Source of the DNA: Octopus sinensis
Taxonomy: Eukaryota
Assembly: GCF_006345805.1 (NCBI RefSeq)
Contig: NC_042998.1
Coordinates: 111,414,001-111,478,000, forward strand
Direction: 5' to 3'
Length of the DNA stretch: 64,000 nucleotides
Positions 26,309 to 38,837 of the stretch are shown here, piece after piece (within the stretch, counting starts at the first letter, position 1; the number at the start of each line of letters is the position of its first letter). Under the pieces are notes generated by a model. It saw only the letters and a list, made by a program, of their open reading frames with translations. It did no database searches and was not told where the DNA came from. A program made the position numbers and the translations under genes.

Positions 26309-27363
26309 CACACACACATAGGTATATTGGTTTCCAATTATCTAAATATATATGAGTGACATTTATATCTACTAAACTGATTAATTTATACTTATAACTA
26401 CATAAAACTCTCATACTCCAACACATAATAATTCTCAAACTGCATTAATGTACAGAATATATTGAACGATAAGATCAAAGCTAACATCAAGTGAGCAGAC
26501 ACTGAGTCTTGCCAACTGGAAGCTGCTGAGGTCAGGAACTTTTACATTTTCAAAGTCAACTGATGTTTTGAAAACACGACAAGAACTGACAGAAGGCTGA
26601 AATAATCCCAACGCTGCTAGTGATTGACATTCAATGCCTCAGTCTTGTTCACACTGGTTAGTCATTACTACATTAGTATGTTTATATATGGTATTGCTGT
26701 TGTTTATGAGTTCTAGACCAACTTTGAGCAAGCAGATCTTAGATTAAAGGCCTTCCAACCATGACTATCTCAAACGGTTTTTCCCCCTTTCAAAAACATT
26801 TTTCTTTTCTTTATGGTCAGCAATATGTGATTAGAGAAAGATTTGATGGCAGCATTTTACAGTCAAGCAACTACATAGAGGTTGTCTGTTTGGATTGTGT
26901 TTATAGCTAAAATTTATTGAGCCACTCCTAAAAATAAATAGGACATCATAGGTTGTCTCTTCACCCTGTGTTTCTTTCTGTCATCTGATGCAGTGTGTCT
27001 TGCTATTCTCATAACTATGGGACCAATGATTCTCAGTCTTTTATTGCCTCAATTTTATTATTAAAAAATGAAGATTGTGATCATCATTTTACTTAATTTT
27101 GAAAATAATGAAAACATTAATAAAAATCTTTGCCCTTATTAAGATAACGTTTTGGAGCATGAATTAACACAAAATTCTGATGGAATTCCTGTTTTAGATC
27201 ACTTAAAAACAGGAAGTTTGTATCATAGAATAAAGGGTAGTCTTAGGTGGGTGTGCATCAAAAGGGTTAAGGCAGAGTATTCTAGTATAGTATTAGGTCA
27301 AATTTAAGATAGTATGAACTAGTTTTAAGGCAGAATGTACAAAAATTAAAGTAGAGTATATAT

Positions 27364-28406
27364 ATCATCACCATCATCATCATCATCATCATCATCATCG
27401 TTTAACGTCCGCTTTCCATGCTAGCATGGGTTGGACGGTTGAACTGGGGTCTGGCAAGCTCGAAGGCTACACCAGGCCAGTCAGATCTGGCAGTGTTTCT
27501 ACAGCTGGATGCCCTTCCTAACGCCAACCACTCCGAGAGTGTAGTGGGTGATTTTATGTGCCACCGACACAGGTGCCAGGCGAGGCTGGCAGACGGCCAC
27601 GCTCGAATGGTGTTTTTATGTGCCACCGACACAGGTGCCAGACGAGGCTGGCAGACGGCCACGCTCGGATGGTGTTTTTATGTGCCACCGACACAGGTGC
27701 CAGACGAGGCTGGCGAACGGCCACGCTCGGATGGTGTTTGTTACGTGCCCTCAGCACGGAGGCCAGTCGATGCGGTACTGGCTACGGTCACGCTCGGATG
27801 GTTTTCTTATGTGTCACCGGCACTGATACCACAAGGATACAAATTCCATTGATGTTCATCGATTTTGATTTGGTTTGATTTGATTTGATTTGATTTGATT
27901 GATTTTCACTTGCCTCAACAGGTCTTCACAAGTGTCACAAGAAGGAAGGTATGCACAGGTGGACTGACTACGTCCCAGGTAGGGGCCACGGGTTATGGCT
28001 TCACTAGTCTTGCCGGGTCTTCTCACGCACAGCATACTTCCATAAATCTCGGTCTCTAGTCATTTCCATGGTGAGACCTAACGTTCGAAGGTCGTGCTTC
28101 ACCACCTCGTCCCAGGTTTTCCTGGGTCTACCTCTTCCACGGGTTCCCTCAACTGCTAGGGATTGGCACTTTCTCACACACCTATCTTCATCCATTCTCG
28201 CCACATGACCATACCAGCGCAATCGTCTCTCTTGCACACCACAACTGATGCTTCTTAGGTACAACATTTCTCTCAAGGTACTAACGCTCTGTCGAGTAAG
28301 TACACTGACATTACACATCCACCGGAGCATATTGGCTTCGTTCCTCACGAGCTTACGCATGTCCTCAGCAGTCACGGCCCATGTTTCACTGCCATGTAGC
28401 ATGGCT
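27364..28406 (-). mobile_element. 5'-truncated young RTE LINE (ORF C-terminus and 3' UTR)
   Basis: MLHGSETWAVT..RRLRWYGHVARMDEDRCV..RGRGRPRKTWDEVV (28004-28402); 62-bp tandem units in the UTR; (GAT)n tail. Confidence 0.9.
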
Positions 28407-29500
28407 AGATTCTACAAGAGATGAATTAATGTATGCTTGAGCTAAGGGAAAGTATACTAAGATAGGATTAGAGTATAGTAATTTTAAGACAGAGTGTATA
28501 AGAATTACTGCAGATTATACAAGGATCAAGACAGCATGTAATTGGATTACAGAGAGTTGTACTAATATTGGAGGAGAATATACTAGTTACTAGAGTTATG
28601 ACTAGAGAACTAGTATTAGGGTAGAGAGTTCTCCCTTAATCCTGCATTAATACAACTATACATTGAATTTTGTATCCAATGCATAGTTGTATTACAACAG
28701 AGTACACTGGGGTTATGGCAGAGTATACTACAGTTCATGCAGTATATTATAAAATTATGCAGAATATATTAGTAATAAGGCAGGATATACTTTTATTAAA
28801 GCACAGGCAAAATATACTAGTAATAAGATATAGTATACAAGGGTCATGGCAGTAGATAATAGCATTAAAGCAGAGTACAGTAGGATTAAGGCCAACTATA
28901 TTCAAGGTAAGGCAGATTATACTGGAATTAAGGCAGAGCATAGTAAGAATTAGGTTAAGTATACTCAAATTAAGACAGATTAATTTAGGATTAAGGCCAA
29001 GTATACTAAATTAAGGTAGTATGATGCAATGTTAATGAATTGTAAAAAGGATTGAGGTATTATAACAGAATACATTCATTATGACAGCATACACAACATT
29101 AAAGAAGAGTCTATTAGCATTAGAGCAGAATATACTAGCACTGAGGTACAATATACAGATCTTCAGTCAGTGATGTAGGATTATAGGAGACTAAACAAGG
29201 ATTAGATGAGATTATGTTAGTTGATGTGTGAAAAGTCCAAGATAGAAGTTGGCTTAAATGAGTCTTTAGTCTACATTGATATCACTCTATAGATGCAAAA
29301 TATGTAGCATGCAAAGAAAATTATAACACCAATAGCATATAGTAATTACAGCATTGTTATTATGCTTTAATTGCATAAAATTATTACGCTATGATCAAAT
29401 CAAAGTGTACCATAATTAAGATAGAAATTACTTGTAGCATGGCAGCATATCCAAATATTAAGGCAGAGTGTATTAGTATTATATCAGGATTAGGGATAAA
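28407..29500. repeat. Degenerate ~21-bp minisatellite (AAGGCAGAGTATACTAGTATT-like), also at 27270-27360
   Basis: Recurring GGCAGAGTATACT/GGATTAAGGC motifs on both sides of the RTE insertion. Confidence 0.6.
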
Positions 29501-29859
29501 GAATTAAAATATTGAGAAAAAGCGCAGATGAAGGATGAATATTGATCAGTAATTGCAATTATTTTAGATAAATTAACAAAATGACAAGATAAGGATCCGA
29601 TTGTGACAGAAGAAAACAGAAGAAATTCTCTTCTTATGGTTATTTCTATAATTTACAATCAAGAATATTGTTCCATGAAATATAAACAAAAATTGGATAA
29701 AATTATATTAAAGTTTCATTATAATTACATAAATAGACACACAATATTGATATGCTTATAAAAATAGTTATTACAAAAATTATTAATTACATACAGCCAT
29801 TAATCAATATTTATTTGCTAAATAACAATTTGAGAACAACTAATGGATGAAATTAAATT

Positions 29860-30528
29860 CTATTTGCTAATCAAAGATTCCCACTCAAATTTATCTACTA
29901 CAATAACACCAGCGTTTTGCATATCTGACACAGCTCTGTCAACTGGTGACTCTAGGGGTTCACCCAGGGTCTCGCATTGCCCACAAAAGAAATCCGAAAC
30001 TCCATTTAGATATTTGTTCATGCAGAGAGAACAGCGTGGTATATAATTTTGGTTACGAGCAGCACATAAGTTTAAATCAACAATAAAGTTTGGGGCACCA
30101 GATATATTTTTATAATGTTTGACAAGATTACTGGAAGAGTTTCGAATACAGCTTGTTGTCACACATCCTCCAATGACAACAGTTGATATTTGGCTTCTCA
30201 TTATCACATCCATCCAATTTTTAATGCCATCAGCATCCATAATGTTTGTATCTGATTTGATTATACATTTATATTTTCTCTCAGCAACAACTGAATCAAT
30301 TCCATCAAAGAATTGAAAATCAGACTCTCTACCAAATGGCACCCTAGTGAATAATACTGGTAATTCCGGTGGCAGAACTTTTAAAAGGGATAAGCAGTTA
30401 TCGAATGAGGATCTAATCTTTGTAATGTCTTGTTCGCCAAAATACCTCATCCATCTTCCAGTGATAAATGAATTCTGTAGATCAATAAGGATGAGTGCTA
30501 CGTTCTTTACAGACATTGACTGATTCAT
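29860..30528 (-). CDS. Cysteine hydrolase / isochorismatase-nicotinamidase superfamily protein, 222 aa, single coding exon
   Basis: Uninterrupted ORF with ALILIDLQNSF (catalytic Asp), IIKSD (Lys) and VVIGGCVTTSCI (nucleophile Cys). Strong acceptor TTTTGTTTTATTTGCAG 7 nt before the ATG at 30528; minus-strand AATAAA at 29810-29815 after the stop. Confidence 0.88.
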   Translation of the reverse strand: MNQSMSVKNVALILIDLQNSFITGRWMRYFGEQDITKIRSSFDNCLSLLKVLPPELPVLFTRVPFGRESDFQFFDGIDSVVAERKYKCIIKSDTNIMDADGIKNWMDVIMRSQISTVVIGGCVTTSCIRNSSSNLVKHYKNISGAPNFIVDLNLCAARNQNYIPRCSLCMNKYLNGVSDFFCGQCETLGEPLESPVDRAVSDMQNAGVIVVDKFEWESLISK

Positions 30529-31149
30529 GTAGACTCTGCAAATAAAACAAAACAAATTCACTTCAATAATTGCAAGAGACAACAGCATATTATACATTCA
30601 CTTGATAAATAAAAAGAAAAAGAAATGGCCAAAAAGGTTAAAACATTATAAAGTGGGATAAACGGTTATTTATTGAGATAACAGGATGAAGGAAAAGAAG
30701 TTATATATTTTAAGAAACTTGAAAATGTTTATTTTATATTTTGGACTTTTTAAAAAATAATATATTTACTTGAGGAAAAGGAAAGATTGTTGATTCTCTG
30801 ACGCCACCAAACCTGAAGACTTAGTATGGCTAGATGTGGTTAATAAAGTTAAACAGGAGGTAAGAAGCAATAAATTGTCAATAAAACCTACTCAGTTAAA
30901 ATTTCTTTGCAGTTTTTTTCCATCACTCAGTCACTCCATATAAATAGTGCATATTTCTCTGGAATTTCTCATTACATTAAGATAAATAACATTTTAATGC
31001 ATCTATCAAACTAGTTGTGATCTTAGTTACTTTATCTATTGATGATCACTCTTTACACACGTGTGTGTATGTGTGTGTGTTAACGTTAGTTTGAACAAAA
31101 ATCAAAACCTTCAATACACGATGTATAAAATATATTAGAAAAATGAAGT

Positions 31150-31880
31150 TATATTTCCATGGAAACAGAATTAAAAAAAGTTCGGCACAGAGATATCTTA
31201 GTAGGTTCCTGCACTACGTAGCATAGCATATTCTTATCTTTCATCCAGTAGTTGTATCATAGCAAATGTTTCACAAACTGTTTACATTAGTTAAATTTCA
31301 GATCTTGTGTGTGTTCTAGATGTTGGGTATCTTCTCATTTGGTATGGTTTCTCATACTTTATTTCTATCTTTTTATTATTTTGACCTTTCCAGTAGTCTT
31401 CACTTTATGATGAAGTTTTGGCCACTGCATTTTCATTTCTAGATGTGACTTAGCAGATTTTTTTTTTTTTTGTTACTATGCTTCAGTGTAGCAGTGTTCT
31501 TATATCACTGCTTGAATTTACTTTCTGTCATTCCTATATGACATTTTTTTTTAGTATTGAAGGTAGGGCTAAAGGGAATTATTTCATCAGTGACTACCCT
31601 AGTCCTTTTCAGGCTCAACTTTTATTTTTGAAGGTGCTTAAATTTGTGTGATATGAAGGATATTTGTCTGTTATTACAGCAGGGTGAGGAAAAATATAGG
31701 GTTCTCTCATTAGCAAATACATTGCCGTTGAAAGGTAGAAGTGGAATATTAATGACCAATAACCTGATAAAATTCAACTTAGCACCATATTCTCTGAGAG
31801 TAACCGCACAGATTAACTTAGATTGTGCCATTAGGTATTGTTATCAAATCAAGGAAGAATGTTTAGTATTTACACCACAA
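31150..31880 (-). mobile_element. Penelope-like element remnant (RT C-terminus and GIY-YIG endonuclease)
   Basis: Minus translation NFIRLLVINIP..FSSPCCNN..ISHK, then CHIGMTESKFKQ*Y, resembling YIG.T...FK.RY. Confidence 0.45.
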
Positions 31881-31890
31881 TACTGATTTA

Positions 31891-34666
31891 TGAGGGAGAA
31901 GAAGGATTTGGAAGCTAAAGAACCCTTCACATGGTCAGAGATTTAGGGACATCCTCATCAAGAAATTTGATGAGAGGGAGGAGGAGCTACAGACATCGGA
32001 CATAAAAGGTAGCTGGAAATTCCTACGGGACAGCTTGCTGAGTGTCACAGACCAAGTCTGCAAATGGTGCAAAGTCCCTTCCAGACCTAGTGTTACGTGG
32101 TAGTGGTGGAATAGTACAGTAGACAAAGCCATTAGAGCAAAGAAACAGGCCTGGAAAGCCTGGAAGGGTGGGGGTAGCAGGGAACTGTACCAGGTAGCCA
32201 AAAGAGAGGCTGGGCGACAGGTATACATAGCCAAGGGTGAAGCAGAAAAGAAGAAGTTGGCTAATGTCCAGCGATGTGAGGACCAAAGAACTGAGGTATT
32301 TCGGATTGCTAGACAGTGTGTGAGAGAAAATTGTGATGTCACAGGATAGAAATGTGTCCACATGGCTGATGGTGCACTTGCTTTTAATGTTTCTGAAAAA
32401 AAAGAGGCTTGGAGAAGCCATTATGAAAGACTGCTGAATGTGGAGAATGAATGAGAGAAGGAGAGCCTGCCAAATATTGACCCAGTAGAGGACCAACTAT
32501 CCCAATAGACAGCTCCCTAGTAGATATAGCAATTAAGGGTATGAAGCCAGGAAAAGCCCCTAGCCCATCAGGAATCACTGCTGAGATGCTTAAAATATCT
32601 GGTGGTGTGGGCTATGGCCTAGTCACCCGCATTGTAAACCAGGTAGTTCATAATGGAATCATACCCAATGACTGGCGTAGCAGCACCATAGTCTGCTACA
32701 AAGGTAAAGGTGATGCTCTTGATAGAAACAACTACAGGGATATCAAACTGCTGGATCAGGTGATGAAGGTCACAGAGAGGGTCATAGCCCATCTCATTAG
32801 GGAGAGAGTCTGCTTAGATGAGATGCAGTTCAGTTTTGTTCTGGGTAGAAGTAACACTGATGCCATATTCCTGGTTGAACAAATGCAAGAGAAATACCTA
32901 GCTAAAGATAAACCCCTCTACATAGCTTTTGTGGACTTGGAGAAAGCCTTTGACAGGGTCCCCTGATCCCTAATCTGGTGGGCAATGCGGAAACTGGAGA
33001 TTGACGAATGGTTAATAAGGGCTCTACAGGCCCTATACAGAGAGGCCATTAGTAAGGTTAGGATTTGCACCGAGTATAGTGAAGAATTCTGGGTAGAAGT
33101 AAGGGTCCACCGACGTTCGGCCCTCAGTCCCCTTTTATTCATCATAGTCCTCCAGGCAATAACAGAGGAATTCAAGACAGGTTGCCCCTGGGAGATCCTC
33201 TATGCTGATGACCTGGCCCTCATAGCAGAATCACTACCAGAATGAGAAAAGAAATTTCGGGTGTGGAAGCTAGGTTTAGAATCAAAAGGCCTTAGAGTAA
33301 ATGTAGCAAAGACCAAAGTTATAGTAAGTAGGAAGGCAAACCTATCACACACCACCTCAGGTAGGTGGCCCTGCTCGATCTATAGAAAAGGTGTAGGTAG
33401 AAACTCCATAAGATGTACCCAGTGTAAGCTATGGATGCATAAGAGGTGCAGCAATATCAAAGGAAAATTAACTGAGAAGATAGCTTTCGTGTGCGGCAGA
33501 TGCACAGGGGCAATAGACACCACAGACACTCAGAAAACAGATTCCATCACACTCCAGGGGAAGAAACTAGAAGTAGTTGATAGTTTCTGCTACCTAGGTG
33601 ACCAAGTTAGTAGTGGAGGTGGATGCTCAGAAAGTGTCACCACTAGAATAAGAATAGCCTAGGCAAAGTTTAGAAAGCTTCTACTCCTACTGGTGACAAA
33701 GGTTCTCTCGCTCAGAGTGAAAGGTAGATTGTATGATGCATGCGTGCAAACTACCATGCTTCACGGCTGTGAAACATGGACTGTGACTGCAGAGGACATG
33801 CACAGGCTCAAAAGAAATGAAGCTAGCATGATCCACTGGATGTGTAATGTCAGTGTGCACACACGTCAGAGTGTAAGCGCTTTGAGAGAAATGCTGGACA
33901 TAAGAAGCATCGGATGTGGCGTGCAAGAGAGAGGTTTGCACTGGTATGGTCATGTACTACAGATGGATGAGGAGAGAGGTGTGAAGAAGTGCCACTCCCA
34001 AACAGTTGAAGGAATCAAGGGTAGAGGTAAACGCAGGAAGACATGGGATGAGGTGGTCAAGCATGACCTTTGAACGTTGAGCCTCACAGAAGCAATGACG
34101 AAAGACTGAGATCTCTGGAGATATGCTGTGACTGTGAAGACCTGACAAATAATGTGAGTTCATGGCTGTTTCCTGCATCAGCTTCACATAGCAGCCCCAG
34201 CCCATCCAAAGTACCTTGGTTTACAGGACGGCCTGCTGTGCTTACCTTGGATCGTAGGGTGACCTGCTGTGCTTGAGGAGACCTATTGAGTGAAGTACAT
34301 CAACATCAAATGAACATCAAATGGAAATTGTAGTTGTGATACCTGTGCTGGTGGCACATATAAAGCACCATCCGAACGTGGCCGATGCCAGCACCACCTT
34401 GACTGGCTTCCGTGCCGGTAGCACATAAAAAGCACCAACCAATTGTGGCTGCAGCCAGCCTCCCCTGGCACCTGTGCTGGTGGCACATGAAAAGCACCCA
34501 CAACACTCATGGAGTGGTTGGCGTTATGAAGGGCATCTAGCTGTAGAAACTCTGCCAGATCAGACTGGAGCCAGGTGCAACCTCCTGGCTTCCCAGACCC
34601 CGGTCAAACCGTCCAACCCATGCTAGCATGGAAAACGGACGTTAAACGATGATAATGATGATGATG
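31891..34666 (+). mobile_element. RTE-clade LINE, 5'-truncated and decayed (RT, Cys-rich finger, 3' UTR)
   Basis: GKAPSPSGI..NNYRDIKLLDQ..AFVDLEKAFDRVP, SALSPLLFII, ILYADDLAL, CSIYRKGVGRNSIRCTQCKLWMHKRC, GRGKRRKTWDEVV; stops and frameshifts; ends TTAAACGATGAT..(GAT)n. Confidence 0.93.
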
Positions 34667-35219
34667 AAAGCAGAAATGAAATGATAATCATTAAAAAAAA
34701 ACTGTGAGATCCTGCAAATAAAAAAAAAACAGTAAGAACTAATAGAAACCAACCATGTAAGCCAACAACAGGAACTAGTAAGAACCAACAATGGAAAACA
34801 GAAGGAAGTAGTGGGAATCAGTCATAGGAACAAGTCAAGAAAGAGATTCTATGCAATTGTTCAATCTGCTAGAAATAGCAACCATATCTCCTTCAAATTA
34901 GGACCTACTACTTTTTTTAAAGTTAAAGGACACATTAGAGCATAAAATTATGCTTGCATAGGAGGTGGGATGGTCATAACTGGAATGCTTTTGATTATAG
35001 GTCTACTGTTTCAAGATTGACCTTGATCTAAACAATAGCCATTTCAGATCAAACTGTGGTAAGAGCAACTAAAGTGATGGATGTTAATGGAAAATCTCAA
35101 AACACATTCAGCTATCAAATCATAGTAGATTACAGAAGTGGAGGAAAACATGTTGAATGAGATTTACATGTTTGAAATAAAGTAAAGTTCAATAGGTGAT
35201 CAATGAAGAAATCAATAAT

Positions 35220-35518
35220 CATTACTACTACCTTTCCCATTTGCATAATCTAAAGATGTTATAGCTCCAATATTGTCGACTTTTGATAGGTACCATTGTA
35301 GCATTATCTGATTGACACATTCCTAAAGGATTTTCTCTATTTTTAATTTAGGCCAAATTTAAAGTTTTATTGTCCATTTTAATTTAAGCCTAAATTAGGA
35401 ATGAATAAAAACCTTCAGGAACATGTCAATCAGAACCTACAATACTTATTATCAAAAGTCCATGATACCAAAGCAATAACATTTTTAGAATATGCAAATG
35501 AGGAAGGTAGTAATAATG
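35220..35518. repeat. ~300-bp imperfect palindrome (fold-back/MITE-like)
   Basis: Left arm CATTACTACTACCTTTCCCATTTGCATAATCTAAAGATGTTAT pairs with right arm ATAACATTTTTAGAATATGCAAATGAGGAAGGTAGTAATAATG; inner CTGATTGACACATTCCTAAAGG pairs with CCTTCAGGAACATGTCAATCAG. Confidence 0.85.
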
Positions 35519-36522
35519 AAAATGAATATAAATTATAAAAAAAAAACAAAAAAACAACTGTGATCATAAAAGCTGTAATAGATGAGAAGATAAATTAAGA
35601 AACGTAAATAGAATGCATTTCCCTAGCATCAGCACAACCCAATAATTGAAACCTATAAAAGAACATATATATCTTTACGAAATTAAGTGTCTCGACAATC
35701 AGGTAAATGTATGTCACAGTATCAGAATAGAAGACAATTAAGTTACGATAAATTAGGTTTGGAAGCAACAGCAGATTTCAAACCAATAACAGCCAAAATA
35801 GGTTTAATTTGTCATCCTGTCTAACACCACCAGCTGTTCCCATGGGGACTTTTACTGGTGCCCAATCTGTTGCAAGCAATCCAGTATAAAGATAAATTCT
35901 TTTTTTGAGGGCCACCATTATGGAGGCTCTAAAAAAAATAAAATCATGGGAGTTTGCCTTTTTTTCCTGAGGGTCATGGAAAAAGATTATAAAATGAAAA
36001 ATAATGATGAGATAAATAAAGGGAAGGAACAATGACATTTGGGTCAATGTCAAGTGAAGCTGAAAGAGAAAAGATAAAAAAGATTGGGATGCATCTAATA
36101 TTGGATGGCATAAAAGAAGCACAGACATATTAGATGCATCCCAATTTCTGCAGTGCATATTCTGGAAAAATAATGTTTAGTGCATTAAAGCTTATGGAAG
36201 ATTCAACTTCACATAAAGGACCTGGAGTGATGATTTTAGGCCTTTTTTGGTGGGGTGGGGGAAACAATCTTTTTCACTGTAAAACAGAGGTTCCTAACCT
36301 TTGGGTCTCAACCCAAATGCTGTTATGGTTTAATTCTAGTATGTTTACAAAGCCCAAATCTTTTTCCTACTCCTCCTCCTCATCATCATTGTTTAACGTC
36401 CTCTTTCCATGCTGGCAAGTGTTGGACAGGAGTTGGTCAGGCAGGACCCTGCACCATGCTTTTGTGTCTGTTTTGAAGCATGGTGCAAGCTCCTGCCTAG
36501 CCAGCTCTTATCAAACCATCCA

Positions 36523-36687
36523 GGCGCAGGAGTGGCTGTGTGGTAAGTAGCTTGCTAACCAACCACATGGTTCCGGGTTCAGTCCCACTGTGTAGCATCT
36601 TGGGCAAGTGTCTTCTGCTATAGCCCCGGGCCAACCAATGCCTTGTGAGTGGATTTGGTAGACGGAAACTGAAAGAAGCCTGTCGTA

Positions 36688-36721
<34 letters not shown>

Positions 36722-36936
36722 TGCGTTTGTGTGTCTGTGTTTGTCCCCCTAGCATTGCTTGACAACCGATGCTGGTGTGTTTACGTCCCCGTCACTTAGC
36801 AGTTCGGCAAAAGAGACTGATAGAATAAGTACTGGGCTTACACAGAATAAGTCCCAGGGTCGATTTGCTCAACTAAAGGCGGTGCTCCAGCATGGCCGCA
36901 GTCAAATGACTGAAACAAGTAAAAGAGTAAAAGATT
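36523..36936 (+). mobile_element. tRNA-derived SINE, family C, with internal (TA/TG)n
   Basis: Head GGAGTGGCTGTGTGGTAAG..GGGTTCAGTCCC, CTTGGGCAAGTGTCTTCT core, tail GGTGCTCCAGCATGGCCGCAG..AAAAGAGTAAAAGA. Relatives at ~57095-57460 (-), ~40075-40235 (+), ~10800-10920 (-), ~54740-54860 (-). Confidence 0.8.
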
Positions 36937-38837
36937 ATATGTTAATTTTATAAAATTAGCAGATTTTTCTGTTTCTAATCTTTCAAAAAAAGTGTCACAG
37001 TATTTTATTGATTTTCCCAAATGGATCAGTATGATAAAATGTTAGAAAATGCTGATCTAAATGAAAGGGATCTCTACTGCAAAGTGGATATTCTAAATGT
37101 TTAAAGTTAGACTGACAAATTAGTATGATTCTAAACAAGTATATCAGAGCAGAAAACTGCAACATTAACTTTTCCAATTTTGTAGAACATAGATGCAAAA
37201 CAGTGAGAGAGAAAATTAAAACTGGAGAAATACTATAACCAAACATCAGATATATTCCAGACACTTTAAGAAAACTGAATATTTGATGTGCATCATGTCT
37301 TGAAGATATACAGGGTTATCTGTAGAAGTTAAAAGTTGTACAAGGAAATCAATGAGTCTTTCATTGCAGGAATGGCTTCTTTATCCAAATGTCATAGTAA
37401 ATTAAACTGCAGACAGTCAGACTGTCATACTTCCTCACATTAAAAAATGAACTTGAATTTCATTCAGTCAACAAGAAACTTCTACATGGGCCTAATAATA
37501 GTAGCCAAATCTCATTCATATCATATCCCCTTGTTTTGAAAAATAAGATACAGTGGAAAATGTAATCATAAAAGTGTTATGCCTGAAAAAAAAATGGATT
37601 AATGATTATGACTGGAATATCTTTCATTATAAGTCGGCTCAGTCAGGACTGATACGGAATTGCTACTACAACTGCAGCTACTGCAGTTGTTCTACCTTCA
37701 ACCACAACTTCTAGAACTACTATTAAGGCTACTACATAAACCACAATACAACTACTTCTAAAACTCTTATACAACTATTATTACAACTAGAATTGTCACC
37801 ACTAGGAGCTTTTATGTGGTTGCAAGAAACTGTCACATCATATCTTACCAGCCTGTTATCTTATAAAGATCCTAGGTATTCAAAGAGAAAAACTTGATAG
37901 CTATGCCCAGAATAATTTAAACCATGGGTCCGATAGGTAAGGACTGACAGGGGACTAAACAATCACCTACACCACAACTACTACCACAGTTTATACAACC
38001 ACTACTATATTACCCCCACCTTAGAAGAATTAGGAGCCACAATGTTTCTAAAGAGAGACAGACAGATAGAGACACACAGAGATATAGAGAGATATTGGTG
38101 AAACAGGTTTAGCAGTAAATCTAGCTAAGATGTTAACAATAGTGGCTAATTACAGATCAATAACTCAATAAACCCACAAATATTTGGAACTCTCCATATA
38201 TTTCTTCCTTTCTTTCTTTTATCTTTTTGCATATTTTGACTTTTGTTAGAAATTTTTAGGTTCTGAGTTTTCAGTTAATCTTTTTTTTTTCGTTTCTTTA
38301 GAGATTCAGACATTTTTTAAAACATTTTATATATATATATATTTTTGTCTTTCTATCTTTAAAGCAGTTCGTTATATATCATACCCTTAGGATAAATTTT
38401 TTAAGAATTAACATGATGTCTATACAATATCTACTCCTCTACTTTTCTCTATATGTGTGTACCTTTGTGCATATGTCTGTTTTTATGTGCACATATATGT
38501 GCTTACACATATATGTGCTTACACATATACATTTGTGTGTACAGGTATATGTGTGCATGTATGTGTGTATGTGTGCATATGTGCATGTGTATACTATTGT
38601 ATTTCGTGCAAAAATGCAAAATGCTCAATATACAGCAATGTTACAAACCTGTAGAATTACTTCAAACTCCACCAATAAGTATTATTGACTAACGTCTACT
38701 AGATAAAACCTTTAGGTATGAAGAAATAATCTGGTTTACCAGCACAATAACATACATCTATTTATTTGTGAATGGAACATAAATAGATATACAATGTGTG
38801 TGTGTGTATGTGTGTGCATGTATAAATATATATATAT

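Noticed and set aside
27550-27760. Regular repeats resembling a CRISPR array
   Set aside because: Units are contiguous with no unique spacers, lie in a LINE 3' UTR, and there are no cas genes; the DNA is eukaryotic.
30529-30597. N-terminal 23-aa extension of the hydrolase ORF (MYNMLLSLAII..) as a signal peptide
   Set aside because: It overlaps a strong splice acceptor and polypyrimidine tract, so it is most likely intronic.
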